From: the human T2T-CHM13v2.0 reference genome, Homo sapiens
Assembly (NCBI RefSeq): GCF_009914755.1
Contig: NC_060926.1
Reading direction: 5' to 3' (one strand)
DNA: 64,000 bases
Shown here: positions 41,240-56,089 of the stretch, piece after piece
Numbering within the stretch: the stretch's first letter is position 1
Layout of the letters: each line of letters begins with the position of its first letter
The notes under the pieces: model-generated
Told to the model about the DNA's origin: nothing
Databases searched by the model: none
Seen by the model: the letters and a program-made list of their open reading frames with translations, nothing else
Made by a program: the position numbers and the translations under genes

Positions 41240-43300
41240 ATAAGTGAAACTAGCCAAGAAAATTGTAAAAAGGAAGAATAATATAAGAGGAGCTGCCCCG
41301 CCTTAAATAAAAGAACATGTTACGGGTGCCAAAATGTAGAGACAACTAAACAGAACAAACTAGAGGGACCAGAAACAGAACCAAGTTTCTGTAAGAAGTT
41401 AGACTTTAATAAGAGTGTTATATATTTTAAAAATGGGGACAACTGTCTCACCACTTTGGCAGAGGGGCTACCTCTGCGGCAAAAGGAGGGAAATGCAACT
41501 GGGGAGGAACACCCACGAAGTTTAGGAGGATAGATTATAGTTTATTCCTGAATCACCTGGTGGGTTCACAGGTGCTAAATATCTCATTCTTTATATATCT
41601 AGAATATTCATAATATATTTAAAAAATAAAAAATGTAATAAAAAGTATAGGGGTACTGAAACAAAATTAAGTATGTTTTATGATCTTGAGATAGAGGTTA
41701 TTTACATATGTCATTAAATAGTCATAACAAAAATTTTAAATGTAGGTGGTAAGAAAGTTCATAAACAGAGGTAAAAGACAAATGAAAAGTTGAGGAAATA
41801 TTATAACATGATGAAAGGTTAACATCCTGAATATATAAATAATCCATATGAGATAACAAGTAGTTAACCAAGAAGTATATATAGTATGAAGAAAAAAAAA
41901 TAAGGCTGTTACCTCTGGGGCGGGGGACTAATTGGAGGTCATAAAAGTAAAAAATATATGGATGACTTTTTATAAGGGAAATTGACTTTTTTTTACAATG
42001 AATCCAAAAAAAATTCAAGTTCACCTTACAAGAATTTCTAGAATAAAACTTAATTATCAGAAAAATTCTAGTTAAAACTTTCTTTAAAAAAATTTCCCAT
42101 TCTATCTATAAAAATAATATACATATTCACTATAAAAGAATGATCAGAAAAGACAAGGATCACAGAAAAAAATTCGCATAAGCAAAATAAAAATTTATAT
42201 TCTGTTTTATAACACAGCCAAGTAACAGAGATACCAGGCAAATAAACAACAACAATAATGACAACAAAACCTTACTATACTTCTAGTATGCTACTTATTC
42301 ATCTGGACAAGCATCAATTGCAGTGAGCCAGTTTCTGACCACTATACTCCAACCTGGGTGATGGAGCAAGACCTTGTCTCCAAAAAAAAAAAGGATACAA
42401 TTTTGAGTTTCCCAATAAAATATATTAAGTAAATAAATGGGTCATAGTAAGGCTGATTTGTTAACACTGCTAAATTTAGGGATATTTTGCAAATGAGTAA
42501 GGATTAGTCCTAAATAATATTGCTTTATGCATATTAGTACTTTGTGGATGCTAAACTTTATTTTTTCTGTTTATCTTCGTCTCTTGCTTTCATATTGAAG
42601 TTGTGTTTTGGAGTTTTGTTTTGTTTTCAGAAAATGTCCAATGATTCTTGGTTGCCCATTCAATTTTTTAAATGAGGCATAAAAAACTAAGCAAGATTGA
42701 AGAAAATAATTTTACATTAGATGAGTAAGATAGGGAAGCACTTATTCTGCCATAACTAATACTTATTATCCAGTCAAAGCAATTTAGATTATTAGTACAT
42801 GACCAAAAAATAGAGTGTGGAGAAATAGACCCATTGATATATGGAAGCTTTATATATGAAAGTTCTGTTCATTAAAAGACAACATTTTTTAAAAGTGAAG
42901 ACAGGTCGCAGGCATCTATAATAGATAACTGGTTAGTATCCTGAATATATATAGAATGTATAAAACTCAGAAAGAAAAAAAGAAAACAGCAAAATATATG
43001 AATAAGCAAGTTACAGAAAATAAAATCAAAAAAGCCAATAAACAGTTTACAAAAAAATAAAGCCACAATGCAATATTATTTCACATCCACCAAATTGGCA
43101 AAAAAAAAAAAAAGTCTGACAATACCAAGTGTAAACAAGGACAAGGAGCAAGGGAGATTCATATGGACAATGGTGGGAGTATCTCATGAATGCAATAAAG
43201 TACACATCTTACAATTTAGCAATTCTACTCCTAAGTATATTCTAAGAAAACATCAACAAATTTTTATTTTTAAAATCCCTAGCAGGATTATTTGGAATAG
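41240..43300 (+). mobile_element. Mosaic of old L1M fragments
   Basis: Scattered L1 ORF2/3' motifs (tagccaagaaaattgtaaaaaggaagaat; ttagtatcctgaatatatatagaa; caatgcaatattatttcacatccaccaaattggcaaaa). Boundaries are rough. Confidence 0.55.
42317..42392 (+). mobile_element. Alu 3'-end fragment
   Basis: ttgcagtgagcc...ccactatactccaacctgggtgatggagcaagaccttgtctc followed by an A-tail. Confidence 0.8.
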
Positions 43301-43308
43301 AAAAAACA

Positions 43309-44081
43309 ACATCACTAATCAATAGATAAATGCAAATCAAAACTACAGTGAGATACCATCTCATACCAGTCAGAATGGCTATTATTAAGAAATCAAAATT
43401 AACCGATGCTGGCAAGGTTGCAGAGAAAATGGAACACTTATACACTGCTGGTGGGAGTGTAAGTTAATTCATCCTTTGTGGAAAGCAGTGTGGTGATTCC
43501 TCAAAGAACTTAAAACAGAATTATCATTTGACCCAGCAATCCTATTATTGGATATATACATAAAGGAATATAAATTGTTCTGTCATAAAGACACATGCAC
43601 ATATATGTTCACTGCAGCACTACCCACAAAAGCAAAGACATAGAATTAACCTAAATGCCCATCAACAGTAGACTGGATGAAGAAAATGTTATACATATAC
43701 ACCATGGAATACTAGGCAGCCATATAAAAGAATGAGATTATGTTCTTTGCAGCAACATTGATGGACCTGGAGGCCATTATCCTAAGTGAATTGATGCAGG
43801 AACAGAAAACCAAATACTACATGTTCTCACTTACAAGTAGGGGCTAAACAATGAGAACACATGGACACTAAGAGGGGAACAAGGGACACTGGGACCTACT
43901 TGACAGTGGAAGAAAGGAGGAGGGAGAGGATCAGAAAAAACAACTACCGGGTACTAAGTATAATATCTGGGTGATGAAATAATCTGTACACCAAACCCCC
44001 ATGGCACACAGCTTACCTATAAAACAAACCTGCATGTGTAGCCCTGAACCTAAAACAAAAGTTTAAAAAAAAAAAAAAAAA
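43309..44081 (+). mobile_element. 5'-truncated L1PA (older primate) 3' end with poly-A
   Basis: catcactaatc...aatgcaaatcaaaactacagtgagataccatctcataccagtcagaatggc...gacacatgcac...aacctgcatgtgtagccctgaacctaaaacaaaagtt followed by an A-tail. Confidence 0.92.
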
Positions 44082-44195
44082 GAAAAGCAAGAGAGAACCT
44101 AAAAGTCACTTATAGACGAATGGATATACTGTGGCATTCTCAAACTTTAGAGAATGCAGCTGTGGGAATGAATGAACTAGATTTACCCATAATCA

Positions 44196-44631
<436 letters not shown>

Positions 44632-44696
44632 CTATAGTTACATGGAAATTTAAAAAGGCAGATCAGAATAGTGGATCTCTGTAGGAGGAAGATGAC

Positions 44697-45008
<312 letters not shown>

Positions 45009-45320
45009 GGAAGGTAACTTTTTTAAGGTGGTGGATTAAAACATGCACATTTGTCATATTACATTTTATACTTTTGTATGTCTTAAATATTTCATAATGA
45101 AATTGTAGAATCTTGTCCTGGTTAATTGGTTACCACACTCCCATAATAGATAACTGAAACAGATAACTGATAGCAATTGATCGTGACCAGAAGTTGTACT
45201 CAAGACACATTTATTCTGAAGTTTACTAAAAACCACATTTTTCAAAAATCAAACTAGGATAAGTGTGATAGCTCCAAAAGAACCATTTGCATGTACTGAA
45301 TAATGTTTTGTTTTCTAAAT

Positions 45321-45551
45321 CAGTAGCTTCCAAAGTGGAGTGCATTGGGCCACAAGAAGAAAATATTGGAACTATGTGTTTTTCCATAAAATCCTTTCAA
45401 TTTCTAGGTTTCATCTGTTATAGAAAATACATAACAGACACAAATCTAAATTAATTTATATAATATATTCCTGCACAGTGGTATGTCATGTCATTTATAA
45501 ATCATTTTTTACTGATCAAAGTGCAAGGTCTAAAAAGTTTAAAAACCACTG
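45321..45551. mobile_element. hAT-Charlie-like MITE
   Basis: Ends cagtagcttccaaagt... and ...aagtttaaaaaccactg form a degenerate CAGTGGTT-type TIR pair. Confidence 0.5.
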
Positions 45552-47378
45552 TTAGGGATGACCATTAATGGACTTTCTAAACCACCTGTCCAAGTAACCT
45601 ACATCCAGACCCTGAAAGTTAAAAATAGAGATTATACAGGAGGACTGGATTTTTTTTAGAGATAATTTATTAGTCAAAAAATATCTTGAACTAGATGACT
45701 AAAACTACAGTCTGAAAATAGCCTATGTCTGCCAACTTTCTACAGACCAAATTTCATATCAGGCTTCAAGACAAAGGTTGACATAACTGCCAACCAGTGC
45801 AGTAACAGGTCTGGCCTTATTCGTGTTGGATGCTTTGCTTGAAAAAGATAATAAATCACTTGAAAAGCCCACGTGGGAACAGGACACAATCTAGGAAACT
45901 GAATGCCACTCTGTAACACAAGTGCTAAATTAACATTCTCCAACTGCTTCCAGCTATTGATATTCATTTTGGAACAGGCAGGACATATTTAGAAAATGGC
46001 ACATCACCAGAAAATGTGAGTGAGAGTGTGGGCTTTTGCCTGATACAATGCAGCGAGAATTTTTCTAGAACCAACTTCAGGAGGCAGAAAAGAAAACTCT
46101 GTTTCACAAACCTTTTAGATTAGAGTGTAATCTTCCAATAAAATAAGTTATACGAAATCAAGTAGTATCATCTTACTATAAATAACTATTCAAAGAAGCA
46201 GTATTTTAAAATAAACTCCTCCTCTTGGCCTTCAAGCTAGTGATCTTGGTTACTGCCAATAGCATTCATAATAAACAGGATATAGTTTTGTCAAATGTTT
46301 AGCAAAGTATTATAAATATGCTTTTGGTGAAAATAAGTATTCAATATCTTTTGGGGACAATGAGAGGACTATTCACATGTACCACTTATCAATTTAACAA
46401 TGAGCAGATAATGTAAGAAAGTGCACATCAGCCAGCTACCATAATGGCTTGCATTTTGGCAGAAGTAGAAATGGAGGTGGGTGGATACCACAAATATCAT
46501 TAGTCATAAATTGAGAGACATTAATATATTTATTAGGATAGTGTGCATTTTACCTTAATAATAATGATGTTCTCCCACCAGGCAGGCAAAAGAAAGCCTT
46601 CTCAAAGAATTCTTCACAAACATTCATTTGGACACCAGCTCAGAAAATCTCACTAAAGGTCACAGGCCTTTAGTAGACACAGACATCTATTTTGTACCTT
46701 GCTGTAAGGAAGCTACATAGCTCTATATGTGCAAAGCTTATATAGAAAGCTATCTGTCATTTCATATCTGACAATGGAAGCAATTCTCATTCTATCTCCA
46801 TTGCCATCTTTTTTTAGGATTGATTCCTACAAGGTACAGCATGGAATGTTATAATTTCATACCAGGGTAGGTAAGTTTTTGATAAAAGCACTTGCTGAGA
46901 TTTCTAATTTCTTCCCTCAAGGGCATGAAACTAAGCAAATTAATCACTCTAACATCTAGACTCTTAAGGCAGAGGCCCATTTATTAGAATATGTTCAATA
47001 GCAGAAGACATGCTATGTATCATCACACGCCCGCACCTGATCCTCAACTCTCTGGGCCCAGCGAGCAGCATCGTTACAGACGCTTAACACAGTTTAACGA
47101 ATTTCTCTGATACACCAACAGTGGCTTGGTCCATGGTTCCACGGCTCTGCCTCCCAGGGACCATCAACAACCAAAGGCCCTTTCTCAGTGGTTTTCTTTG
47201 AGATGTTCAGAAGACACCCACACACACCTAACACTGCCCCCACCCACCTGGTTCTGTACCCTTATAGAGTTGAACAGTTCTCCCTTCCAGCCAAGGGCAG
47301 AAATGAGGAACCTGCCAGATCGGAGAGTTCCCAAATCTAATCACCATTTATGCTAGAATTCCTTCAGCTGCAAATAAT

Positions 47379-47538
47379 GGTAGGGAAGGAGAAGGGAGTG
47401 GGGAGAATAAAGGAGATGGGGGGAGAGGGAGGGAGGGGATGCGCAAAGGGAAGAGGGGAGATAGGAAGATGAGGAGGGAGAAAGAGAGTGAAGGGAGGGG
47501 AGGGGAGAGAGACGAGGGGAGGGAAAAAAGGAGGGCGG
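47379..47538 (+). repeat. GA-rich low-complexity tract
   Basis: About 160 nt, nearly all purine, with many GGG runs. Confidence 0.9.
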
Positions 47539-47990
47539 CTCACATAACTGAAAAATTGAGGAGTGGGTCTCCTACCTTCAGACATAGCCAGATCCAGGGG
47601 ATATTATCAGAACTTCACCTCTTTTTCCCGATTTCTAACCTCTGCTTTTCTCTGCATGATCCCCACTTACTAGCAGGGTCTCATCTTAGCAGTGACAAGA
47701 TATCTGCCAGCAGCACCAGGCCTACATCTTCCCAGCTTTAAATTCAGTGAAAAGACAGGATCTCTTTCTAAAGCACTGCAATAAAATTTCCAGAATGAAA
47801 ACTCATCAGCTTAATTGGCCTCTGTTGGTTATCTGCCCATTTGTGAACCAATCACTGTGGTCTGAGAGGTGCAAGGACTCCTCTGATTGGCCTGGCCTGG
47901 GCCATTTGCCCACTTCCGGCATCAGAAGGAAGGACAGTTTCAAAAGGCAAACTGGGTGTTGCTACAGGAGAGCATTCAGGCAAACCACAG
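47538..47990. mobile_element. Old MLT1 (J/K/L-like) LTR
   Basis: ggctcacataactgaaaa...cttcagacatagccagatccaggg...gaaccaatcactgtgg...tgattggcctggcctgggccat. Confidence 0.65.
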
Positions 47991-48129
47991 CCAATCTCAG
48001 GACTCTCCTTGTTCTGCCTTGTCTTCAAATCCTCTTGCACATTTTTCCAGCCTCGGACCCGCTGTGCCTCACCATGTTCATCTAGCATAGGACCCTCAAT
48101 ACATTTCTCTGACACAGGGAAAACCCATT

Positions 48130-48660
48130 TGGTGTAGTGAATGACCCTAGAGTCAAACAGCCTGGGTTCTAATTCTGGCTCTATCATTTTAGCAAGCTGT
48201 ATAATCTCTCCGTGCCTCAGTTTCCTCATCAAAAAAAAAAGGCAGGTGGGCTGGGAGCAGTGGCTCATGCCTGTAATCCCAGCATTTTGGGAGGCCTAGG
48301 TGGGCAGATCACCTGAGGTCAGGAGTTTGAGACCAGCCTGGCCAACATGGCAAAACCCCATCTCTACTGAAAATACAAAACTTAGCCGGGTGTGGTGGCG
48401 CATGCCTGTGGTCCCAGCTATTAGGTCGCTGAGGCACTAGAATCACTTGAACCCAGGAGGCAAAGGTTGCAATAAACCGGGATTGTGCCACTGCACTCCA
48501 GCCTGGATGACAAAGCGAGACTCCATCTCAAAAAAAAAAAAAAAAGGCAGGCGACAATGGCACATCTATCAAGTTGTTGGGGCAAAAAATAAGATGACAC
48601 AGGCAAAGTGCTTAAAACAGTGCCCAGCAGAAAGTTATCTCTCAATAAATGTTAGGAATT
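48130..48660 (+). mobile_element. MIR split by an Alu
   Basis: ctagagtcaaacagcctgggttctaattctggctct...ctccgtgcctcagtttcctcatc[Alu]...aaagtgcttaaaacagtgcccagca...ctcaataaatgttag. Confidence 0.8.
48249..48545 (+). mobile_element. AluSx-like
   Basis: Dimeric Alu. TSD aaaaaaggcagg. Confidence 0.94.
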
Positions 48661-48915
48661 AAGTCTTCTAACAGAGTCATTTTGAAAAAGTTCAGTTAAT
48701 AACTATCAAGTAGATTTTTTTTAATCCACAAGACATTAAACATCTAACAATCTAAAAAGATTATAGTTAATTTACATTTTGTCCAAAGCTCTCACTGGTT
48801 TTATATTGTGACAATTATCTAATTTGGTTACTGATAAATTCAGAAAAGAAGGGAGCTTAAAATTTGGGGTACACAGAACAGTGGAATTCTGAACTGTAAA
48901 AGATTGAGGTTTTTC

Positions 48916-49034
48916 AGCTGGGTGCAATGGCTCATGCCTGTAATTCCAGCAGTTTAGGAGGCCAAGGCAGGAGGATCACTTGAGGCCAGGAGTTCAAAAC
49001 CAGACTTGGCAACATGACAAGACCCCATCTCCAC

Positions 49035-49065
<31 letters not shown>

Positions 49066-49200
49066 AAAACAACTTTAAAAATTAGCCAGGCGTGGTGGCA
49101 CACACCTGTAATCCTAGCTACTTGGGAGGCTGAGGTGAGAGGATCACTTGAGCCCAGGAGTTTGAGGTTAACAGGAGCTGTGATTACACCACTGCACTCC
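48916..49200 (+). mobile_element. AluJ with expanded central A tract and missing 3' end
   Basis: ggaggatcacttgaggccaggagttc and gagcccaggagtttgagg. Homology stops at ccactgcactcc (49200). Confidence 0.9.
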
Positions 49201-49836
49201 TGTGTAGGTGAGGTTTTTTCCCTGGAGGGAAAAGCGAAAAAAAAAAAAAAAATTAGAAGTAATATCATGACCTCAACTTATTAAAAGAAAAAGCTAAATG
49301 AATACATGCAAATGAGAAATTGGCCATATTTAATATGTGGAAGAATGTTGTAATGAATATTTTTCCAGCAGTTGTCTAATAAAAATTTGGTCTATTCAAT
49401 TCATCAAATTGCTGCCATTAAAAAACATCAAACTCAATCAAAATTCCTTTATTAAAGTTAGAAATTAATAGACCATTTGTATGAAATCTTACATGCTTTT
49501 TAAAATAAAGAAAACAGTTCTTCCAGGCAGTTCTCAGCTTTCAAGTGTTTCAGAAGGAAAAGTCTAAATGGGATACATAATGCATTTTTCCTCAAAATCC
49601 CTTCAACTGTCACAGGGGATTTCATTTTCAATAGAGCCATAATTTCACACAAAGTCTATGCTATTAATTTATCTCCCTTTAATCCTTTTCAAATAATCAC
49701 AAAAATCTGAATGAGTGCTACATATTTCTTTTACATGAAATCTGAATAAAACTGACAGAAACATTCCAAGCTCCCACTGGCAGGCTTGGAAGGAGGCTTG
49801 GAAAGAAGCGGGTACAAGGACCACCCCTGTCTTCTA

Positions 49837-50238
<402 letters not shown>

Positions 50239-51719
50239 TTAGACACTTGGTTGTGAGGCACAGAAACAGCAGAAAATTCAAAAGGAGAAATCAGAGTGTC
50301 ACCACATCAGGAGTGGCTTCAGGCCAAGAAGGGACCTGATCTAGGCTCTGAGGAGCTGTAGGATTTGGACAGGCAGAAAGGAGAAGGAAAAACATCCCAC
50401 TGAAGTCCCTGCTCAACTAACTCACAATGGTTCTTGTGACATTTCCACAGATGAGTCTCCTGGCTGCTGGTCTGTGATGGTATTACTACTTTTACTGTCC
50501 AGTGATATAAAAAGCAGGTTTCACATTGCCCAGTAGCTTTGCAGTCACTGTTATCTATCTAGTTCTTTAAGTTTAAACATTCTGTTACTTATACCCAACA
50601 AACTGAGTGGATTAAAACGGTATCTTGAACGGGAATAATTATTATTATCACTATTCATTTTAACTTCACTCTCAACAGTTACTTTTTACCTAATCCCCAC
50701 AAACATTTTCATGAAGAACTTATCATTAAAAAAAGTATGTCAAAAGAGTCAGAGGAGACCCCCAACTCAGCAGAAGAAGCAATCCAGCCCTACAATGGAG
50801 GACAGGGCAGTTTAAGGCCCTAGAAAGCTACCTTCCTCTCTATGTCATGGGAATTTCTGTGCTGATGTGCATCCCCAAATAGAAACTCACCCACAGCACC
50901 AGTTAGAACAAGCAGGAGCCAGGGCTACAGCCAAGACAACCTCTATTTGTGGTACATAGAAGAGGGGTCATCTTACGGCAAACTTGATGATTACTGGGTT
51001 TTATCCCAAGAGAAAGAAGAGGCCAAGCGGCACTCATTAGGACCCCACTTTGTGAAGAGCAACACAGCCAATGTGAGGGCCAACAAGAGGGGTACATAAT
51101 TCAGAACAATACAGTAGAGCATCAGCTCACTCCACTGGGATGCAAAGTTTCCCTCTCCTTTTCCAATGTAATGGATAAAGAAGAAGTGGTGCAGAAAATT
51201 GATCACTGCGAGCACATACAAGTTGATGGCAAAATAAGAAAGTGAACCCAGGGCCTTTCACACCACTTCTAACTCTATCTCAGCCACACATCTTCTCCTT
51301 CTCTCCCAAAAGGAAATTTTTTATCTAAAACCCCCAAAGTACCTTTGGCACTTGGCATAATATTCATCATTCTGTTATAGACATAAAAACAACAAGGAGC
51401 AATAATTTATGTTTGGCAGCAAGATTGCATGCTCTTTCACTGCCAAGGTCCTGAGGCTTTCATCAGTAAGGAGTTTCCAATCTCCAGAACAAGAAGTGCT
51501 ACTGGCATTTGGGTGGAACAGTTCTTCCTTGTGCAGGGATGTGTCCAGTATTGCAGAACAGTGTTCACTAAATTCCAGTAGCCATTCCCAGTCACAATCA
51601 AGATTGCCCCACCACATTTCCCAGGCTGCCTCTAATTGTGAATCACTGGATCACTGGACCACAGCTATGCATTCTGTCTCATTGGCTGAGTCTCCACTCA
51701 ATGCTTAACCAAGCACATT

Positions 51720-52260
51720 ACACTGTGTTAACACAGTACTCAATATTTCCAAGGACAAATTCAGGATCTCTCTCCTCTCCCTCCACCAGCAACCTCTCCA
51801 GATCTCCTTATTTCTATAATAGAACCCTGACCCAAGAGCTCTGAGTTATCTTTGACTCTTCCTACCAGCCCCAATTTTCTTTTCCATCTTGCCCTGATTT
51901 TCTACTCCTGTTACCATCCTCTTGCCTGAAGAACTCTTAGCTTGTCTCTTAAATGGTCTCCCTCCTTCAGAGCATCCTGAAACTACTTCTACTGTCTTCA
52001 ACTCTATTTATGCATTATTCATGCTTAGAAATATTTAAAGGACTCTCTATTGCCTAGTAAATTAAATGCTTTGACCTAGAATTTGAGAATTTTTATAACA
52101 TGACTCCATTGTCTTTCCTGGCACACCACTGCCACTCCCCCCAAAATACCTATTCTCCAATCTGTATATTCTTCCCCAACCAGGTTCCAATCTCAGCCAT
52201 ATGTTTTCCCCATCACTTCCAATTAAAAAACAAAAAAAAAGGTGTCTGTCTGAAATATCT
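51720..52260 (+). mobile_element. L2 fragment
   Basis: Pyrimidine-rich L2 pattern (gttatctttgactcttcc...cttaaatggtctccct...gcttagaaatatttaaaggactctctattgcc). Confidence 0.55.
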
Positions 52261-52420
52261 TTCCACACTCCTACTCAAATCACATCAGTTTGGGGGGTCC
52301 CTCTCGTGTAGCTTTGCCAACTTCTTTAATATAAGATTTCTTTCTCCTTTTATCTGCCCTTCCACACATAGTTTATACTTGGTTATCCTAACATACTTCT
52401 CTTTGTGCTCATTTATCCGC

Positions 52421-52875
52421 TGTAGTGAAAAAACATCCTGAGGTTGTTTGCCACGTGGTGAGACAACCTGACTTCTATTTAGGGATCCCTTTCCCCCCAA
52501 CTCTCAGTCCATTAAAATTGGGCGAGGCCTCCCTCAAGGCCCCAAGGGTAGAGAAGAGGATCCCAGCCTAGGACAGGTAGCATATTCCATCCCCCAGCCA
52601 CAGTGATGGGTTCTTGGATGTGGACATTGTACAAGTCAACAAGACAGTGCTGGGACAGAACTCAGTCCGTGAGTTTTCTTCAAGAACTGGGAAGAGCACT
52701 GAATAGGGAGGATGGAGAGCTGGATCCACTGCAGGACACAGAGCTGAAAGGTGAGAGACCTTGTCTTGGCAACAATGCCACGCAAAACCTAGTCTTATAC
52801 TTGAAATTTTCAGTGACGTGAGTAAAAAATATTCTCTTCTTGCTTAAGGTCCCTCACAATCACAGAGTCCTGCTA
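52421..52875 (+). mobile_element. Old ERVL-type LTR (LTR16/LTR33-like)
   Basis: tgtagtga start; end cttgaaattttcagtgacgtgagtaaaaaatattctcttcttgcttaag...cacagagtcctg. Confidence 0.45.
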
Positions 52876-54074
52876 CACCATCCTTTCTATTGTCTACTGG
52901 CTAGTTAAGCAGAATGTCTGATCCTGACTCATGTTTCCCTCTGTGCATAGCTCAACTGAGTTACTGTACATGAGACACATGTAGATAGACATACATGCAT
53001 TGTACTTGTTAAGTACTGGTACTCAAGAAATATTTTTGACATGAATTAGAGAATAGATAGTTTAATTGTGAGGAAAAAGAGGAGTTAATTTTAGCCCTTT
53101 GCAGTCTCTTTAGTCATCACCTTATCACTTGTAGTCAGTAGACACTGAAAAGCTTTCATTAGCAAGTTTCAAGAAGGCTTTGGATTCACAATTAAACTCT
53201 TCTGTGAAAACCCATGCCTGCTTTCAGGACTGCTTAAGTACTAGTGGCATATGGTAAAGCAGGTGTTTGGCAGCCAATGTTTTTTAAAAGATCTTTTGAA
53301 GACCACAAACTTGTTTATCTTTCTAAAATTAGGTGGAATGTCACAATTTTAGCTTGGCCTCCCCAACCCTTTCAATTACATATTAATTTCATCCTTTTTA
53401 GGAGCCATAGGCTTATAGGTGCTGCCAAAAGAGATACAGTTATGCTTGTATTGTTCTAGGCGAAAGTAAGCTTCACAGTTGCTATTTGTGCCCTAGAGCA
53501 TAAATGCTTTGGAAAAATAAGCACATATGTGCTCTGCCACATTGCAATATTGTGGACTCATTCACAGTGGAAACCACCGGCAGACCATCTCCCTAGAGAT
53601 CTCACAGAGTATTGCTCATTCTGGGATTAACTGACCATGGTTCAAGCCCTCAGGCTTGCAAGCTCAAAAACATATTGTGGCATTCCTCCAAACTGAATAT
53701 ATCTTCAAAGACGGACTTTCATAAAACAAGCTTACAGACCAAAACAGAAATTCAAAATGTGAGTTTAATTTACAATAAAAAATAACTATCACAAGAATCA
53801 GAAAACTTAAAGTTCCCCTAATCACTACATTCTCTCCTGTAGCTAAGCTATATGGAAGACAAACCATGGTCATAAGATTGCTTGGGTGAACACTGAAATC
53901 AGATAAAAAGGGACTTACATGCTCTTACCAAAGGTATTTCAGATGAGACACCTTAAGAGACTGTTCCCATAAAAATCCAAGAAAATTGACCACCACTCCC
54001 ATCCCATGGAAAGAACTACCTGCACAATGTCCAAGTTCTCTCTTTTTCTGTATGCCTTCTAACTACCTTCTCTT

Positions 54075-54980
54075 CAGGGTGGGATACATAATTTGCAGGG
54101 CTTAATCCAAAATAAAAATGTGAGTTTCCTTGCTGAAAAAAATAGGATGAAAGTGCCATTAAAGGCACCAAAGTATAAATTTTTTCCTTTCTTCTGTGTC
54201 TCTCTTTCAACCTCTCATGGTGCTTTTAAATTGCTATTAATATCAAACTCCCTTGAGCACAGGGATACTCACAGGGCCAATATGGACCCTCATAGGCATG
54301 CAAGGGCCTTGTCCCATGATCAAGGGCATAAGTGTGCAACCCATCAGCTATAGGGCTCCCCCTTCTGCAAGTTATTGGACTGACGGTGCCAACCCAGAGG
54401 TGGCGGGCCTGAGCCAGGCATCTCCCCTTGCAAAGGAGCATGCTGCCCTGCTCATGGTGGACAGGCAACTCCAAGGGATTACAACCTCTGTGCTGGGATG
54501 CACTCAGCACCTGAATCAGGAATGAGTGGGAGGCTTGCCACTGTTGCTTGCTGAAAGAATGATGGCACTGCCAGCTGGGAGTGGGGACAGCCAGCACCAT
54601 GCCTACAAGATACCACAGGGTATTCATAGCAGACATTGACCCTCCTGCTCCCAGACTCCAACTAGGGACAGAGGGTAATAGTGGTTGCTTGATGGTGGTG
54701 TCAAAGGGAGGCCAGGAGAGACAAGGGTACCAGGGGGCAGGGGAGCTGGCTGCTGAGCATCTGTCCTGGGAGGCAAGGAGGTGACAGAAGGCAGAGCTCC
54801 ATGCTGCTGACGCATGCTCCACTGTCCTATTGGACTTCACTTACAAAATCACAAATTCAAGAATAAAATCACTAAGAATTCAAGATAGCAACCACAGAGC
54901 ACTGAGCCCCAAATGCAGAGCCTTTCTGAGTGGGATGCCCTATGTGACTCACTGGTTACACATCGCAACACCAGCTCCAC
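54075..54980 (-). mobile_element. MER45-family (hAT-Tip100) element, long variant
   Basis: cagggtgggatacataatttgcagggc...caaaataaaaatg matches the reverse MER45 end. gagcctttctgagtgggatgccctatgtgact at ~54920-54950 matches the other end. Confidence 0.7.
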
Positions 54981-55639
54981 TTCTCTGACTTTTTGTTTCC
55001 TTCTCAGTGTCCTTGGGTGTGACACAACTCTAACATGCAAATATAGTCCAGTTTTGCCAACAGCTACAACTCGTTGGCTTACCTCGAGAAAACTAAGGTG
55101 TCCCTTTAATGAACAAATTATTTTCAGACTAGTATTTTAAAAGCTAAGCAACATCCACAATGTGTGTTGATTTCATAGTTGTAAAAAAAAAAAAAAAAAA
55201 AAGCACCCTCATTTATCGTGTTTCCAACCCTGGTGGTAGCCTCCAAATACTGACAACATAGACAACTTGACAAGCATAACAATAATATGGGATTGAAACA
55301 TGCCTTCATAATGCATTAATCTCTAATAATTTATTTACTCGATGGATATTTAATAAATCTTGTGTGTCTACATGCCAGGCATTATGCTAAGCTCCATGTT
55401 ACAAAAATCAAGAATTATACAACTCCTTGAAGAATGAAGACTGCTCACTGAAATAGAGAAGACAGACACAAAAATTGACACTTTAGTTTGATAAGTGTGA
55501 CAGAATCAATTGCCATGGAACACAAAGGGAAAACATCTAACCCTGCTGAGTGGGACAGGGAGGAGGTTTACCAGACCCTTCCCATTTAGTAGAAACATCT
55601 TTCTCAAGAAAACCGATAGTACCTTGGAGTTACAGTCCT

Positions 55640-56080
55640 TTTCCTACAAACTTTCAGAATCCAGTAAGTGAGAACACACCATCACCTCTAAAGTATAAGT
55701 CTTACCAAAAATATCAAACCCTAATTTGCTCATGCCTCCAGTTTCAACTACCAATTTACAAGAAATACAGGGGACAAGGAAACATATTAACCAAACCATA
55801 AGGGACACATTCAGCAAAATCCAAACTGTGGGAAATTATACTAGGAAAAATAACTCAATTTCTTTGAATCTTAAATTGCAATGTGGAGGAACACTTATTA
55901 AATAAAAAGAGACTTTAAAAATACATCAGCCACTTGCAAAGTGTGGACCTTCTGTGAAAGGTTTTTGAATCTTTTGAGGGGGAAAAAACATGACATTAAT
56001 GAGACCAAGATATTTAATGAAATTAAGGAACCGTTCATTTTTAGATGTTATAATAGTGATGTATGTATGGTTAAAAAGGC
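55640..56080 (+). mobile_element. L1MC4/5-like 3' UTR fragment
   Basis: caatttacaagaaatacagggg...cagcaaaatccaaactgtgggaaatt...taaaaagagactt...gcaaagtgtggacctt. Confidence 0.7.
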
Positions 56081-56089
56081 AAGACAGAG

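Noticed and set aside
54226-54840. Longest ORF in the window (204 aa) and overlapping ORFs
   Set aside because: It lies in the GC-richer interior of a MER45-type relic, and I recognise no domain or transposase motif.
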